A stretch of DNA of 64,000 nucleotides from Candidatus Latescibacterota bacterium (GTDB lineage: Bacteria > Latescibacterota > UBA2968): NCBI GenBank assembly GCA_965207885.1, contig OZ242311.1:3200001-3264000 (forward strand), read 5' to 3'. The notes beneath the pieces were generated by a model that saw only the letters and a program-made list of their open reading frames with translations, was not told the DNA's origin and did no database searches. Positions 10,477-19,396 of this stretch are shown piece after piece. Positions within the stretch are counted from its first letter, which is position 1, and each line of letters begins with the position of its first letter. Both the position numbers and the translations under genes were made by a program.

Positions 10477-11721
10477 ATGAACGCTATTATCCGCAACCCC
10501 CTTATCCTCCCCGTCTTTATCCCCACATTTCTACTCAGACTGGGCAGTGGCCTGCTCGTCCCCATATTGCCACTCTACGCCAAATCGTTTGACATTTCCT
10601 ACGGCCTCGTTGGTCTCGTGCTCGCTGCCGAAGGTATCGGCCACCTCGTTGGCGACCTGCCCGCTGCCATGGTACTCAACCGCATTGGTCGCAAATCCGC
10701 GATGCTATTAGGGGTTCTCACAGTTGCACTTTGCGGCGCGGGCCTCTTTTTTGCGCCCTCTATCTTTGTGGTCTTCCTGCTGCGCTTTGTGGGCGGGATA
10801 GGCGGCGCACTTTGGGACATCTCGCGGTATGCTTATTTGGCCGATGCCACAGCCGTCCATCAGAGGGGACGCGCCCTCTCTGTATTTGGTGGCATCAGTC
10901 GCATCGGCACCTTTTTAGGACCTGTCATTGGCGGCTATATTGCCTCTGTCGCCTCTGTAAGATATCCATTCCTCGTTTATGGCGGTATCTCACTCTTAGC
11001 CGCAGTAGTCGCGGCAATCGCCGTTGAAGCCTCTCGCAAGCGCGTATCGCCACCGCAACACGGTCTTGCGCGACATTTCGCCAATATCTTTCGCGCCCAC
11101 AGCAAAAATCTACTTACCGCAGGCACAGGTCAGCTCTTTGCCCAAACCATTCGCAGTGGTCGCTACATCATCATACCGCTTTACGGCGCCGAAGTCCTCA
11201 ATCTGGGATATGAACAAATCGGCCTCATCATGTCTATCTCGGGCTTTATAGACATGATGATGTTCTATCCCGCCGGGGTCATCATGGACCGCTTTGGACG
11301 CAAATTCGCCAATGTTCCCAGCTTTGCACTACAAGCCATTGGCATGGCACTTATCCCACTCACAGAATCCTTTGCTCCTCACCTCAATCTGTCCTTTTTC
11401 TTTCTCGACCTCATCACAGGAGAATTTATCGCCCTCTTGTTCCCCGCCAGTCTGCTCGGATTTGGCAATGGCCTCAGTTCAGGAGCCATGATGACCCTGG
11501 GTGCCGACCTTGCACCCCGCGACGCTTTGAGTGAATTTTTGGGCCTCTGGCGCCTCATCGGCGACGGCGGGCGCATGTCTGGCCCCGTATGTGTCGGTTA
11601 TGTCGCCGACTTCCTCGGCCTATCGCCCGCTGCTCTGGCTATTGCAGGCATTGGGCTTTCCGCAGCGGGTATCTTTCTCTTTCTCGTTCCCGAGACTCTG
11701 GAAAGACGAATAGACGAATAG
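10477..11721 (+). CDS. MFS transporter
   Basis: About 12 hydrophobic segments, NRIGRK and MDRFGRK motif-A variants, QRGRALS. Confidence 0.92.
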   Translation: MNAIIRNPLILPVFIPTFLLRLGSGLLVPILPLYAKSFDISYGLVGLVLAAEGIGHLVGDLPAAMVLNRIGRKSAMLLGVLTVALCGAGLFFAPSIFVVFLLRFVGGIGGALWDISRYAYLADATAVHQRGRALSVFGGISRIGTFLGPVIGGYIASVASVRYPFLVYGGISLLAAVVAAIAVEASRKRVSPPQHGLARHFANIFRAHSKNLLTAGTGQLFAQTIRSGRYIIIPLYGAEVLNLGYEQIGLIMSISGFIDMMMFYPAGVIMDRFGRKFANVPSFALQAIGMALIPLTESFAPHLNLSFFFLDLITGEFIALLFPASLLGFGNGLSSGAMMTLGADLAPRDALSEFLGLWRLIGDGGRMSGPVCVGYVADFLGLSPAALAIAGIGLSAAGIFLFLVPETLERRIDE

Positions 11722-11761
11722 AGGACCCCCGCTCAACCACCCCAAGTTAGTCAAAACTGCG

Positions 11762-11789
11762 TCGCTGATTCGTAGATTCGCTGATTCGT
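11762..11789. repeat. Tandem octamer TCGCTGAT-like x3
   Basis: tcgctgat tcgtagat tcgctgat tcgt, in the convergent intergenic gap. Confidence 0.65.
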
Positions 11790-12536
11790 TCAGCCCTCTA
11801 CCATAGCCTCCAAATGCGCCACAATCTCATCAATCGGTGCATAACAGGTCGAACAGGGATAGAGAAACTCCCCTGTTGCCCGCAAATGCGCTCCATTTTT
11901 TATATGAAACCGCCCCGTACGATCCATAAACTGTCCCCAATGCCCCATCGTATATCCCGCTTTTGGACTCACTATCGCGCTCTTGCGCCAGCTTTTTGGA
12001 AATAGATCTTGAAATGGTGGCGCAGAATTGAGCCAACTGCCACACCTCACAGTCTTCACATCGGAGCGTCGTTGTTGCGTATCCTTTAACAATTGCAGCA
12101 ATGTGCCCATAAATGCATCTCGCATTTCACTCAAAGGCGATTTGGGTTGGTACACATTGCCAATGTGGATCGCGATATAATCATCGCCATCGTCATACGT
12201 CCAGCATTCGTAAGGACGGCCCTTTGTAGAAGGCCTGCTATAACCCTTTTTCACGCGGGGCCACAAATAGGCAAGCCCTTCTTCCTCCCATGCCTCGCCC
12301 TCGCAACGATCAAAAATGGTCTTCAAACCCATCAGATAGGCATCCCAATCAGAGTCTTCATACCCCCGTGCAGGATGGTGCTCGCCATCAAAAAAATCCG
12401 TATTGCGATACACATTGACTCGAGAAGTAACCGCATTTTCAAATGCAATCCCCTCTCGCACCATCAGAAACCGCGCATACCACAAACTCAGCTTGAGAAA
12501 ATGGCTGACATAGTGGATGCGAATTTCATTATCCAT
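11790..12536 (-). CDS. Hypothetical protein (248 aa)
   Basis: Long ORF with GGAG RBS before ATG 12536. Contains CGSWLN and HWGQF, but no family recognised with confidence. Confidence 0.75.
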   Translation of the reverse strand: MDNEIRIHYVSHFLKLSLWYARFLMVREGIAFENAVTSRVNVYRNTDFFDGEHHPARGYEDSDWDAYLMGLKTIFDRCEGEAWEEEGLAYLWPRVKKGYSRPSTKGRPYECWTYDDGDDYIAIHIGNVYQPKSPLSEMRDAFMGTLLQLLKDTQQRRSDVKTVRCGSWLNSAPPFQDLFPKSWRKSAIVSPKAGYTMGHWGQFMDRTGRFHIKNGAHLRATGEFLYPCSTCYAPIDEIVAHLEAMVEG

Positions 12537-12589
12537 CAAAACTCCTTCGGACGCAATAAATTGCACCGATTGGGTTTATTCAATACATA

Positions 12590-12628
12590 AAACAAAAAGA
12601 ACGGACAACCCGCTTTGAGATTGCCCGT
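12590..12628 (-). terminator. Terminator after tRNA-Gly
   Basis: ACGGGCAATC/GGTTGTCCGT stem followed by TCTTTTTGTTTT. Confidence 0.65.
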
Positions 12629-12645
12629 GATTTTCATTATTTTTT

Positions 12646-12721
12646 TGGAGCGGGAAACGGGACTCGAACCCGCGACATCAAGCTTGGGAAGCTTGCACTC
12701 TACCAACTGAGTTATTCCCGC
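12646..12721 (-). tRNA. tRNA-Gly (CCC)
   Basis: Minus strand reads GCGGGAATAACTCAGTTGGTAGAGTGCAAGCTTCCCAAGCTTGATGTCGCGGGTTCGAGTCCCGTTTCCCGCTCCA: 76 nt cloverleaf, anticodon CCC, encoded CCA. Confidence 0.97.
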
Positions 12722-12762
12722 TCCGCAAGGAATAGCAAATTTATAGGGGTTCATCTTTGGTG

Positions 12763-13683
12763 TCAACATGTTTCAAGGTTTTGCAAGATGACATCTGCCA
12801 CATCACCATCACTACCATCTACCCATCTGAAGCGCTTATCCCTACGAAAAAAAGTCATCTGTCGTTTGGCATAGCGTCGCGTACCCTGTTGCAAATCGGC
12901 AAGTGCGCGATCAAGCGTCGTCTCACCATCGAGATATTGAAATATTTCCCGGTACCCAAACGCATTGAGCGCGTTTAGATCGGAAGAGTAACCTCTATCA
13001 CGGAGACTTTTTGCTTCTTTAATCAGGCCATTCTCGAACATAAGACACGCACGCGCATTGATCCGGTCATAGAGTACTTCGCGCTCCCAGTACAAACCCA
13101 AATAAGATGCCTTATGGCGAATTGGCGGTATTGGCGATACCTTCTGATATTCAGAAAGCGGTTTGCCCGATGCTTCATAGACTTCCAGACCGCGCAGAAT
13201 GCGTTGTGTATCGGTTGCCTGAATTTTCGCAGCCCATTCCGGATCGACCTCGCACAGCCTTTTGTACAAGGCGGGAAGACAATCCCTCCCCTCTTCCTTC
13301 AATCGCGCGCGAACCTCTATCGGAATTTTTGGCATAGGTGAAAAGCCATCGAACAACGCGCGAATATACAACCCCGCTCCTCCTACCACAATGGGCATCT
13401 TGCCGCGACGCAGAATATCTCCAATTACCGCAGATGCATCTTCGGCAAATTGCCCCGCGCTATAGTCTTTGTCGGGATTGATAAAATCAATGAGGTGATG
13501 GCGCGTAGCGGCCCGTTCTTCGGTTGTCGGCTTTGCCGTCCCAATATCCATAAAACGATAAATCTGCCGCGCATCTGCCGATATAATCTCGCCATCTATC
13601 CTCTGCGCGAGTTCAATGCCCACAGACGTTTTGCCCGATGCCGTCGGTCCGGCAATCACCAGAATATCTGGGAATGAGGCCAT
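12763..13683 (-). CDS. miaA: tRNA dimethylallyltransferase
   Basis: GPTASGKT, DIGTAKP, VGGAGLY, TRRYAKRQMTF. Follows mutL, as is common. Confidence 0.97.
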   Translation of the reverse strand: MASFPDILVIAGPTASGKTSVGIELAQRIDGEIISADARQIYRFMDIGTAKPTTEERAATRHHLIDFINPDKDYSAGQFAEDASAVIGDILRRGKMPIVVGGAGLYIRALFDGFSPMPKIPIEVRARLKEEGRDCLPALYKRLCEVDPEWAAKIQATDTQRILRGLEVYEASGKPLSEYQKVSPIPPIRHKASYLGLYWEREVLYDRINARACLMFENGLIKEAKSLRDRGYSSDLNALNAFGYREIFQYLDGETTLDRALADLQQGTRRYAKRQMTFFRRDKRFRWVDGSDGDVADVILQNLETC

Positions 13684-13685
13684 GA

Positions 13686-15479
13686 CTACCGCTTAAACCG
13701 ATTGTCGATTTCATCCAGCCCGATCTTAACAAGTGTTGGCCTACCATAAGGGCTGACGAAAGGTTCCCGCGTTGCGAACAACTGATCTATAAGTGCGCGC
13801 ATTTCTTCTGTCGATAAATCCTCACCTGTGCGAATTGACGTGTGCCATGCGTAAACCGATGCCAGCCGATGTTCCTCGGGTGCAATCTGCCGCGTTTGTA
13901 AGGAAGGCGAAACAGAAATTGCTTGCTCGGCTTCGGCCATATCGCGAATTATATCTCTCAAAAGTTGCCCGTCTTGCCACGTTCTCAGCCCCATGGGAAT
14001 GGCATCGACAACAACCGTATGCCCCCCAAAATCGCGAATGCCAAATCCCATTTTTTCCAACAGGGGCATGGCCTCGCGCACAATAAGAATTTCTTTGACA
14101 CTAAAATCGAGCGTAAGTGGAAACAGCAGCCGCTGACTCGTCGCGGGACGGGTATGCATATTGTCAATGGCGCGTTCGTACAAAATCCTCTGGTGGGCAA
14201 CCTGCTGGTCAATCGCAATCAAACCATTTTTAATATGCGCCAAAATGTACTTGCTGTGCAATTGCCATACGGAAACCCGGGCAAAATCCTCTTCATCGAG
14301 ATCATCGGTATTAATCCCGGTTCCCCGCTTTGCCTTGCCCGACGACATTCTCATCGTTAGCGGCAGTGCCATCTGAGGTTGTCCGCCAACTTTGGGCTGC
14401 CCGGGCTGATAGGTGATCTCAGGAGATTCTGCGATGCTCACAGGCGTATCTGCTACGGGCATAATAGCATCGTCCATTTCTGGGATCAGGTCTGCGCCGC
14501 GCAGCGATTGCTGAACAGCCTGAGTAATCAGGCTATAAATTGTCCGCTCATCGGCAAAGCGAACCTCGCGCTTTGAAGGGTGGACATTGACATCCACACG
14601 CGCCGGATCAATATTCAGACAGAGGCAATACGATGGCGCAAGCCCCTTGGGCAAAAGCCCGCCGTATCCTTCGTAAACTGCAAAAGCGATGGCTTTGTGC
14701 TGCACCCATCGGTTATTGACAATCAAAACCTGTTGGGCACCGGATTTTCGCGCGGACTCGGGCTTGCCCACAAAGCCACGAACCTCTATCCCGCTCGCCT
14801 TGCTCTCAACACCGATGGCATCTGCGCCATATCGCACGCCAAATATCTGCTCTGCCCGCCGATCAAAGCGCGATCTTCCCAGTTTTAGCACCTGGCGCCC
14901 ATTGTGCTTGAGGTCGAATCCGATCTCGGGATACGCCATGGCCATAGCCGTCACCGCGTTCACAATATGTCGAAATTCCGTATCGACACTTTTGAGAAAT
15001 TTTCGCCTGGCGGGCACATTGAAAAATAAGCCGTGCAATGTAACAGCCGTACCCTGCCCGCGGCCAATCGCGGAGACATCCTGCACGCGCCCGCCCACCA
15101 CGGAGATTCGCGTTCCTTCAACCGCATCTACCAGGCGAGTTTCAAGAGTCATGCGCGAAACAGCGGCAATACTGGGCAATGCCTCGCCCCTGAATCCATG
15201 TGTGAGCAACCCTTTTAGATCGTCCAGACTCTGGATCTTACTCGTCGCGTGTCGTTCAAGTGCCAAAAGTGCGTCATCGCGCGACATCCCGCATCCATTA
15301 TCACTGACCCGCAGGCTCTCTTTGCCGCCAGCAGCAATTTCAACGACAATGCGGTCCGACCCCGCATCCACTGAGTTCTCAATCAGTTCTTTTGCGACAG
15401 ATGCCGGCCGCTCGACCACTTCCCCAGCAGCGATGCGGTTGGCTATCTCATCCGGGAGTATGCGAATTTGATTGGACAT
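13686..15479 (-). CDS. mutL: DNA mismatch repair protein MutL
   Basis: IAAGEVVERPASVAKELIENS, GFRGEALPSI, VDVNVHPSKREV. C-terminal motifs DQQVAHQR and SPYGRP are degenerate. Confidence 0.96.
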   Translation of the reverse strand: MSNQIRILPDEIANRIAAGEVVERPASVAKELIENSVDAGSDRIVVEIAAGGKESLRVSDNGCGMSRDDALLALERHATSKIQSLDDLKGLLTHGFRGEALPSIAAVSRMTLETRLVDAVEGTRISVVGGRVQDVSAIGRGQGTAVTLHGLFFNVPARRKFLKSVDTEFRHIVNAVTAMAMAYPEIGFDLKHNGRQVLKLGRSRFDRRAEQIFGVRYGADAIGVESKASGIEVRGFVGKPESARKSGAQQVLIVNNRWVQHKAIAFAVYEGYGGLLPKGLAPSYCLCLNIDPARVDVNVHPSKREVRFADERTIYSLITQAVQQSLRGADLIPEMDDAIMPVADTPVSIAESPEITYQPGQPKVGGQPQMALPLTMRMSSGKAKRGTGINTDDLDEEDFARVSVWQLHSKYILAHIKNGLIAIDQQVAHQRILYERAIDNMHTRPATSQRLLFPLTLDFSVKEILIVREAMPLLEKMGFGIRDFGGHTVVVDAIPMGLRTWQDGQLLRDIIRDMAEAEQAISVSPSLQTRQIAPEEHRLASVYAWHTSIRTGEDLSTEEMRALIDQLFATREPFVSPYGRPTLVKIGLDEIDNRFKR

Positions 15480-15495
15480 ATTGAGGATAGATGTT

Positions 15496-15632
15496 AAAAA
15501 AGAAAACAAAAAACGCCTAACCCGCCGGGTGCCGAAATGTTTGTCGAAGTCCCGGTGTTAAAACAGCGGAAAACTTCCTGCGGGGCTACCCTCATGCAGA
15601 TTCAAGGCGTTTTTTTGTGAAGCACAAGCTTC
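15496..15632 (-). ncRNA. Candidate structured RNA in the mutL 5' leader, family unknown
   Basis: Outer stem AAAACGCCT/AGGCGTTTT, several inner helices with G-U pairs favouring the minus strand, a trailing U-tract and an upstream promoter. Confidence 0.5.
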
Positions 15633-15638
15633 GACGCA

Positions 15639-15667
15639 AATATAGCATTTTTACAAATCTGAATCAA
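15639..15667 (-). promoter_or_regulatory. Sigma70-like promoter for the mutL-miaA-tRNA unit
   Basis: TTGATT-N17-TATATT with extended -10 TG. Confidence 0.6.
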
Positions 15668-15777
15668 GGGATTCCTTCAAATACCGCTTGATGGATATGA
15701 GTTAGCCCCAATGGGGTTTGACTTAAAAAATAAATTCTTTAAGTTATACCATCTTCCATCACAAGGAGATTTTTCCA

Positions 15778-16311
15778 GTGCAGGATTTTGTCCTTCATCC
15801 CGATTCTATATTAATCGACCAAAAAACGATTCAGAACCGCGTTCGCGAACTCGGCGCCGAAATTTCCGCACAGTACCCAGACGGTGTCGTTCTCGTGGGC
15901 ATTCTAACGGGTGCCCTCTACTTTTTAGTCGATCTTTCGCGTGCGATAAGCTGTCCCATTGAAATTGATCTCATTGCGATTTCGAGTTATGTCGGTACAA
16001 GTAGCTCGGGCACAGTGACATTCACAAAAGACCTCAGCCGTGAAATTGACGACCGTCATGTGCTCGTTGTCGAAGATATTGTCGATACCGGGCGCACGAT
16101 CTCTGCACTTCTCACATTATTAAAAGACAGAAACCCGCGCAGCCTCGGTATCTGCACCCTCCTGGACAAACCAGACCGCAGAATCGTACCCGTCCCCATC
16201 CATCACTGCGGTTTCACCATTCCGGACCAATTTGTGGTGGGTTATGGCCTTGACTACAACCAGGCCTACCGCAACCTACCCTACATCGCTGTGCTGAATG
16301 AACCCAGGTGA
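15778..16311 (+). CDS. hpt: Hypoxanthine phosphoribosyltransferase
   Basis: VLVVEDIVDTGRT, LLDKP, FVVGYGLDY...YRNLP. AAGGAG RBS, GTG start. Confidence 0.96.
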   Translation: MQDFVLHPDSILIDQKTIQNRVRELGAEISAQYPDGVVLVGILTGALYFLVDLSRAISCPIEIDLIAISSYVGTSSSGTVTFTKDLSREIDDRHVLVVEDIVDTGRTISALLTLLKDRNPRSLGICTLLDKPDRRIVPVPIHHCGFTIPDQFVVGYGLDYNQAYRNLPYIAVLNEPR

Positions 16312-16435
16312 GAAGTAAGAAGAGAGAAGTTAGCACAGGCGAAGCCTACAACGAGCGTAGCGAGTAACTCCACCCAACCCAGCCCCAAGACAGGTGCTTT
16401 TTCACACTTCACACTTCCTCCTTCACACTTCAAAC
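16308..16435. repeat. Inverted heptamer arrays between convergent hpt and udg
   Basis: gtgagaa gtaagaa gagagaa at the left, ttcacac ttcacac ttcctcc ttcacac ttcaaac at the right. Confidence 0.75.
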
Positions 16436-17103
16436 AGCAATGCACGTACGCGCTGAAACAACACATTGATCATATCTTCTGTCAGGACGCCTGTATTCAT
16501 ATTGTAGCGACTAAAATGGTAGGTCGCTACGAGGATTTTATCGTCCAACCGGTACACGCCACCGTGCTGAAAACGATAGGCGTTTAGCCTCGTCACACGC
16601 CCTGCTGACCTCTCCAGCCTTATATAACTGTCAAACGCATCCCTGCCCATCGCCAGAACGATTTTTACGCGATGCAAGAACGTCATCTCCTGTGCCAGCC
16701 AGTCGAGACACGTGCGCTTCTCTTCGGACCTGGGGCGATTCTGAGGCGGAACACATTTGACTGCATTCGTGATATACACATTGTCCAGATGCAGGCCGTC
16801 ATGGAGGTCAACCGCTGTTTCCCGGTTGGCAAAACCGTGCCGAAAAAGCGCGCGGTACAGCACCTTCCCAGCGCCATCGCCTGTAAATGGTCTGCCTGTG
16901 CGGTTGGCTCCGTGTGCGCCGGGAGCCAGACCAATAATGAGCAATTGTGCGTTGATATCTCCAAAGCCCGGAACGGGTTTTGCCCAGTAATCGCAATCGC
17001 CAATTTTGCGATTTTCCGCCAACTCAAATGTGCGGCAATAATCGACCAGGCGTTTGCACAGGGTGCATTCTGCAATCTCTTTTTCGAGGACGCGCGTCTG
17101 CAT
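16423..17103 (-). CDS. Uracil-DNA glycosylase, family 5-like (Fe-S)
   Basis: CTLCKRL, GLAPGAHGANRTGRPFTGD, NAVKCVPPQNRP. Confidence 0.92.
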   Translation of the reverse strand: MQTRVLEKEIAECTLCKRLVDYCRTFELAENRKIGDCDYWAKPVPGFGDINAQLLIIGLAPGAHGANRTGRPFTGDGAGKVLYRALFRHGFANRETAVDLHDGLHLDNVYITNAVKCVPPQNRPRSEEKRTCLDWLAQEMTFLHRVKIVLAMGRDAFDSYIRLERSAGRVTRLNAYRFQHGGVYRLDDKILVATYHFSRYNMNTGVLTEDMINVLFQRVRALLFEV

Positions 17104-17139
17104 AGTAAATATAAAAGTGTTTGCAAATGGCTCTTATTC

Positions 17140-17171
17140 AAAAAAAAAAGGCGACCCTTAGCGGATCGCCT
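17140..17171 (-). terminator. Terminator after the glutaredoxin gene
   Basis: AGGCGATCC/GGGTCGCCT stem followed by a long T run on the minus strand. Confidence 0.75.
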
Positions 17172-17196
17172 CACTGTAAAAACCACCACCTTGTAT

Positions 17197-17562
17197 TTAT
17201 CGACCAAAGTGAGGGTTGGCAATAGTCGGTTGCTGTGCTGCACGCGCCATTGCTTCATGCTCTTCATCCGTACAGGAACGATCCGTTGGAACCGAGGGAT
17301 CTGGGCCTCCGGGCTGGTACCCATTTTGGATTAACCAACCTTCTAACTCATCACCGCTGATATCGGCCAGCATCGTATCCCCAATCTGCACACAGGGCTG
17401 TAAGGGCTGCCCGCTCTTTATAACCATCTCGCGATAGTTGTCGGGATTGTTAATGATATCGCGGTCTTCGTACTCCAGCCCATATTTTGCCAGAACAGCG
17501 CGCACACCACCGCTCCAACCGCAAACTGGCTTTAAATAGGCGATGACTTTGGGATTAGCCAT
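17197..17562 (-). CDS. Glutaredoxin-family protein (monothiol CGWS)
   Basis: YLKPVCGWS, SGQPLQPCVQI. AGGAGG RBS. Confidence 0.85.
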   Translation of the reverse strand: MANPKVIAYLKPVCGWSGGVRAVLAKYGLEYEDRDIINNPDNYREMVIKSGQPLQPCVQIGDTMLADISGDELEGWLIQNGYQPGGPDPSVPTDRSCTDEEHEAMARAAQQPTIANPHFGR

Positions 17563-17695
17563 TGAAAAACCTCCTGAAAAATGATACTACGGGTCTGATC
17601 TTGTTCTCTACTAATGTACAAAAAATCGCATATATGGCAAGGATTCTTATTGTCTATTCGTTTTTAAGAGTCCGCTGGCCTTTACTTCCCATCAA

Positions 17696-18642
17696 TCAAA
17701 ATCCCACACTTGGGACCCGACCTGTATCTAATTTGCGGCTCTTCCCCCATTTAATCGTCCCGGTTGTTTTGTCTAAAATGCCAACATTATACCACAAATC
17801 AATTCCATTGTAAGACTGGTGCATCTCTACGACAGTATTGTTTTTAATCGCTACGGTGGGCACTTTCCCCCTGCCGTAATTTACGCTTGTACCCCACACA
17901 ATCGTCCGCGTTTTTTTTTTACCGTTCCCACGCGATACCACAATTGCAAGTCATCATGCCCTTGATGAACTTCCACAACCGTATCGCCGTTGAGGTCACA
18001 CATGGGCAATCGTCCATTGTCGTATTTGTGGCTTTCCCCCCAATCAATCGTTCGCGTAGTCGGGTTTACAATACCAACATGGTACCACAAATTCGCTCCT
18101 TCATGGGATTGATGCACTTCGACGATAGTATTCAATTCTCCTTTGGAAAATCCAATACTCGGAAATTGCCCCCGATCAAATTTTCTGCTTGCACCCCAGT
18201 TGATAACCCGGGTTGAACGATCCAAAATTCCAACGTGATACCACAACTCTGTTCCATCGTGAGACTGGTGCATATCAACAACAATATTGCCCTGCATGGC
18301 GACAACCGGGCTTCTGCCCCTATCTTTGTAACTAACGCTACTTCCCCAGTTAATCGTCCGCGTTTTTTTCTCAATCGATCCAACGCGATACCACAGGGTC
18401 AAATCGCCCTGACCCTCGTGAACTTCTACAATCGTATCGCTGTTAAGGTCGCACATGGGCAATCGCCCATTGTCGTATTTGTGGTTCTCTCCCCAATCAA
18501 TCGCTGTTGAGTTTACAATGCCAACGCGATACCACAAATTCGTTCCAATATGAGATTGATGCACTTCAACGACGAGATCACCTGTGGATTCACTGGCTCC
18601 AATTAGAGATGTGATGGCAAAAATAAGAAGAAAACTTTTCAC
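17696..18642 (-). pseudogene. Secreted six-repeat beta-propeller-like protein, frameshifted in an A10 tract
   Basis: Signal peptide plus repeats VEVHQ...LWYxVG...IxWG...YDxGRxP. ORFs 17881-18642 and 17696-17941 join if the T10 at 17911-17920 is T11. Confidence 0.75.
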
Positions 18643-18645
18643 TTC

Positions 18646-18744
18646 TTACTTCCCACTTCTTCCTTCTCGACGGCGCGCTTTAAGGCGTTTTTTTCGCCTC
18701 TGTCGCCTTCGGCGAAGCTCTTTTCTGCGTTCACTACCCGCCAT
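18646..18744 (-). CDS. Small Arg/Lys-rich protein, 32 aa (DUF6800-like)
   Basis: Not in the ORF track. MAGSERRKELRRRRQRRKKRLKARRREGRSGK*, AGGAAGG RBS, fills the gap between its neighbours. Confidence 0.7.
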   Translation of the reverse strand: MAGSERRKELRRRRQRRKKRLKARRREGRSGK

Positions 18745-18753
18745 AAAACCTTC

Positions 18754-19341
18754 CTATTCATTACCAAAGCGAAAACCAATTGTGAATTGCAATGCACTAT
18801 CTTTTTCATCGTCGGCAATGATGAGTTTCATCTCGCCAAACCAGGCCAGCATCGGACTCAATTTGCGCTGATATCCCAATGGCAAGTTCAAGCTGATTTT
18901 GGTATCGTTTTGGGGGCCATCTACCGACTCTTCTACCGCTGACTCAGAATCTATAGCATCAGATGCTATTTGGGGGCGAAAGAAGTGGGTTCCAAAACCA
19001 CCACCGAAATAGGCTCGTCCGACTGGCGTTTGATGAAAAAAGTAAACGACATCCAGATTGACGGCATAAACGCGCAAATTCTCCTGTGCCGCGATATCCA
19101 GACCTGGAAGCAGATGAAATTTGGGCAACATAACAGATCCCAGATCGAGATTGCCCCCGATCATCCATCGGTGAGAGTCAAACTGCCCACCCATGCCGTA
19201 AAAGGTATCAAACTGAGGTTCGCGCGTCAGACTCACCCCCGCTTTGACATGCAACCCCAGGGCATCGGACATTTGAGGAACACACAGCACCATCAAAGCT
19301 GCCAGTCCCCAGGCAGCGAATATTGAAATCACTCGATTCAT
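18754..19341 (-). CDS. Small outer-membrane beta-barrel protein
   Basis: Signal peptide, alternating beta pattern, AYFGGGFG, terminal FTIGFRF. Start MNRVIS after GGGGG RBS. Confidence 0.7.
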   Translation of the reverse strand: MNRVISIFAAWGLAALMVLCVPQMSDALGLHVKAGVSLTREPQFDTFYGMGGQFDSHRWMIGGNLDLGSVMLPKFHLLPGLDIAAQENLRVYAVNLDVVYFFHQTPVGRAYFGGGFGTHFFRPQIASDAIDSESAVEESVDGPQNDTKISLNLPLGYQRKLSPMLAWFGEMKLIIADDEKDSALQFTIGFRFGNE

Positions 19342-19396
19342 GTTACCCCCTTTCCTTTGGATTGGATTCATTGCGGTCTATTTAGATACGCACAAA

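Noticed and set aside
12590-12721. tRNA-Gly as an integration site for a genomic island
   Set aside because: No integrase and no duplicated tRNA 3' end were seen in the window.
15510-15612. Twister ribozyme, SRP RNA or canonical 6S RNA
   Set aside because: The plus-strand CGCCUAAC start recalls twister, but the conserved loop (CAAGC) is absent. There is no SRP GGAAGGAAGCAGC motif, and the element is too short and branched for a typical 6S RNA. Kept as an unknown RNA.
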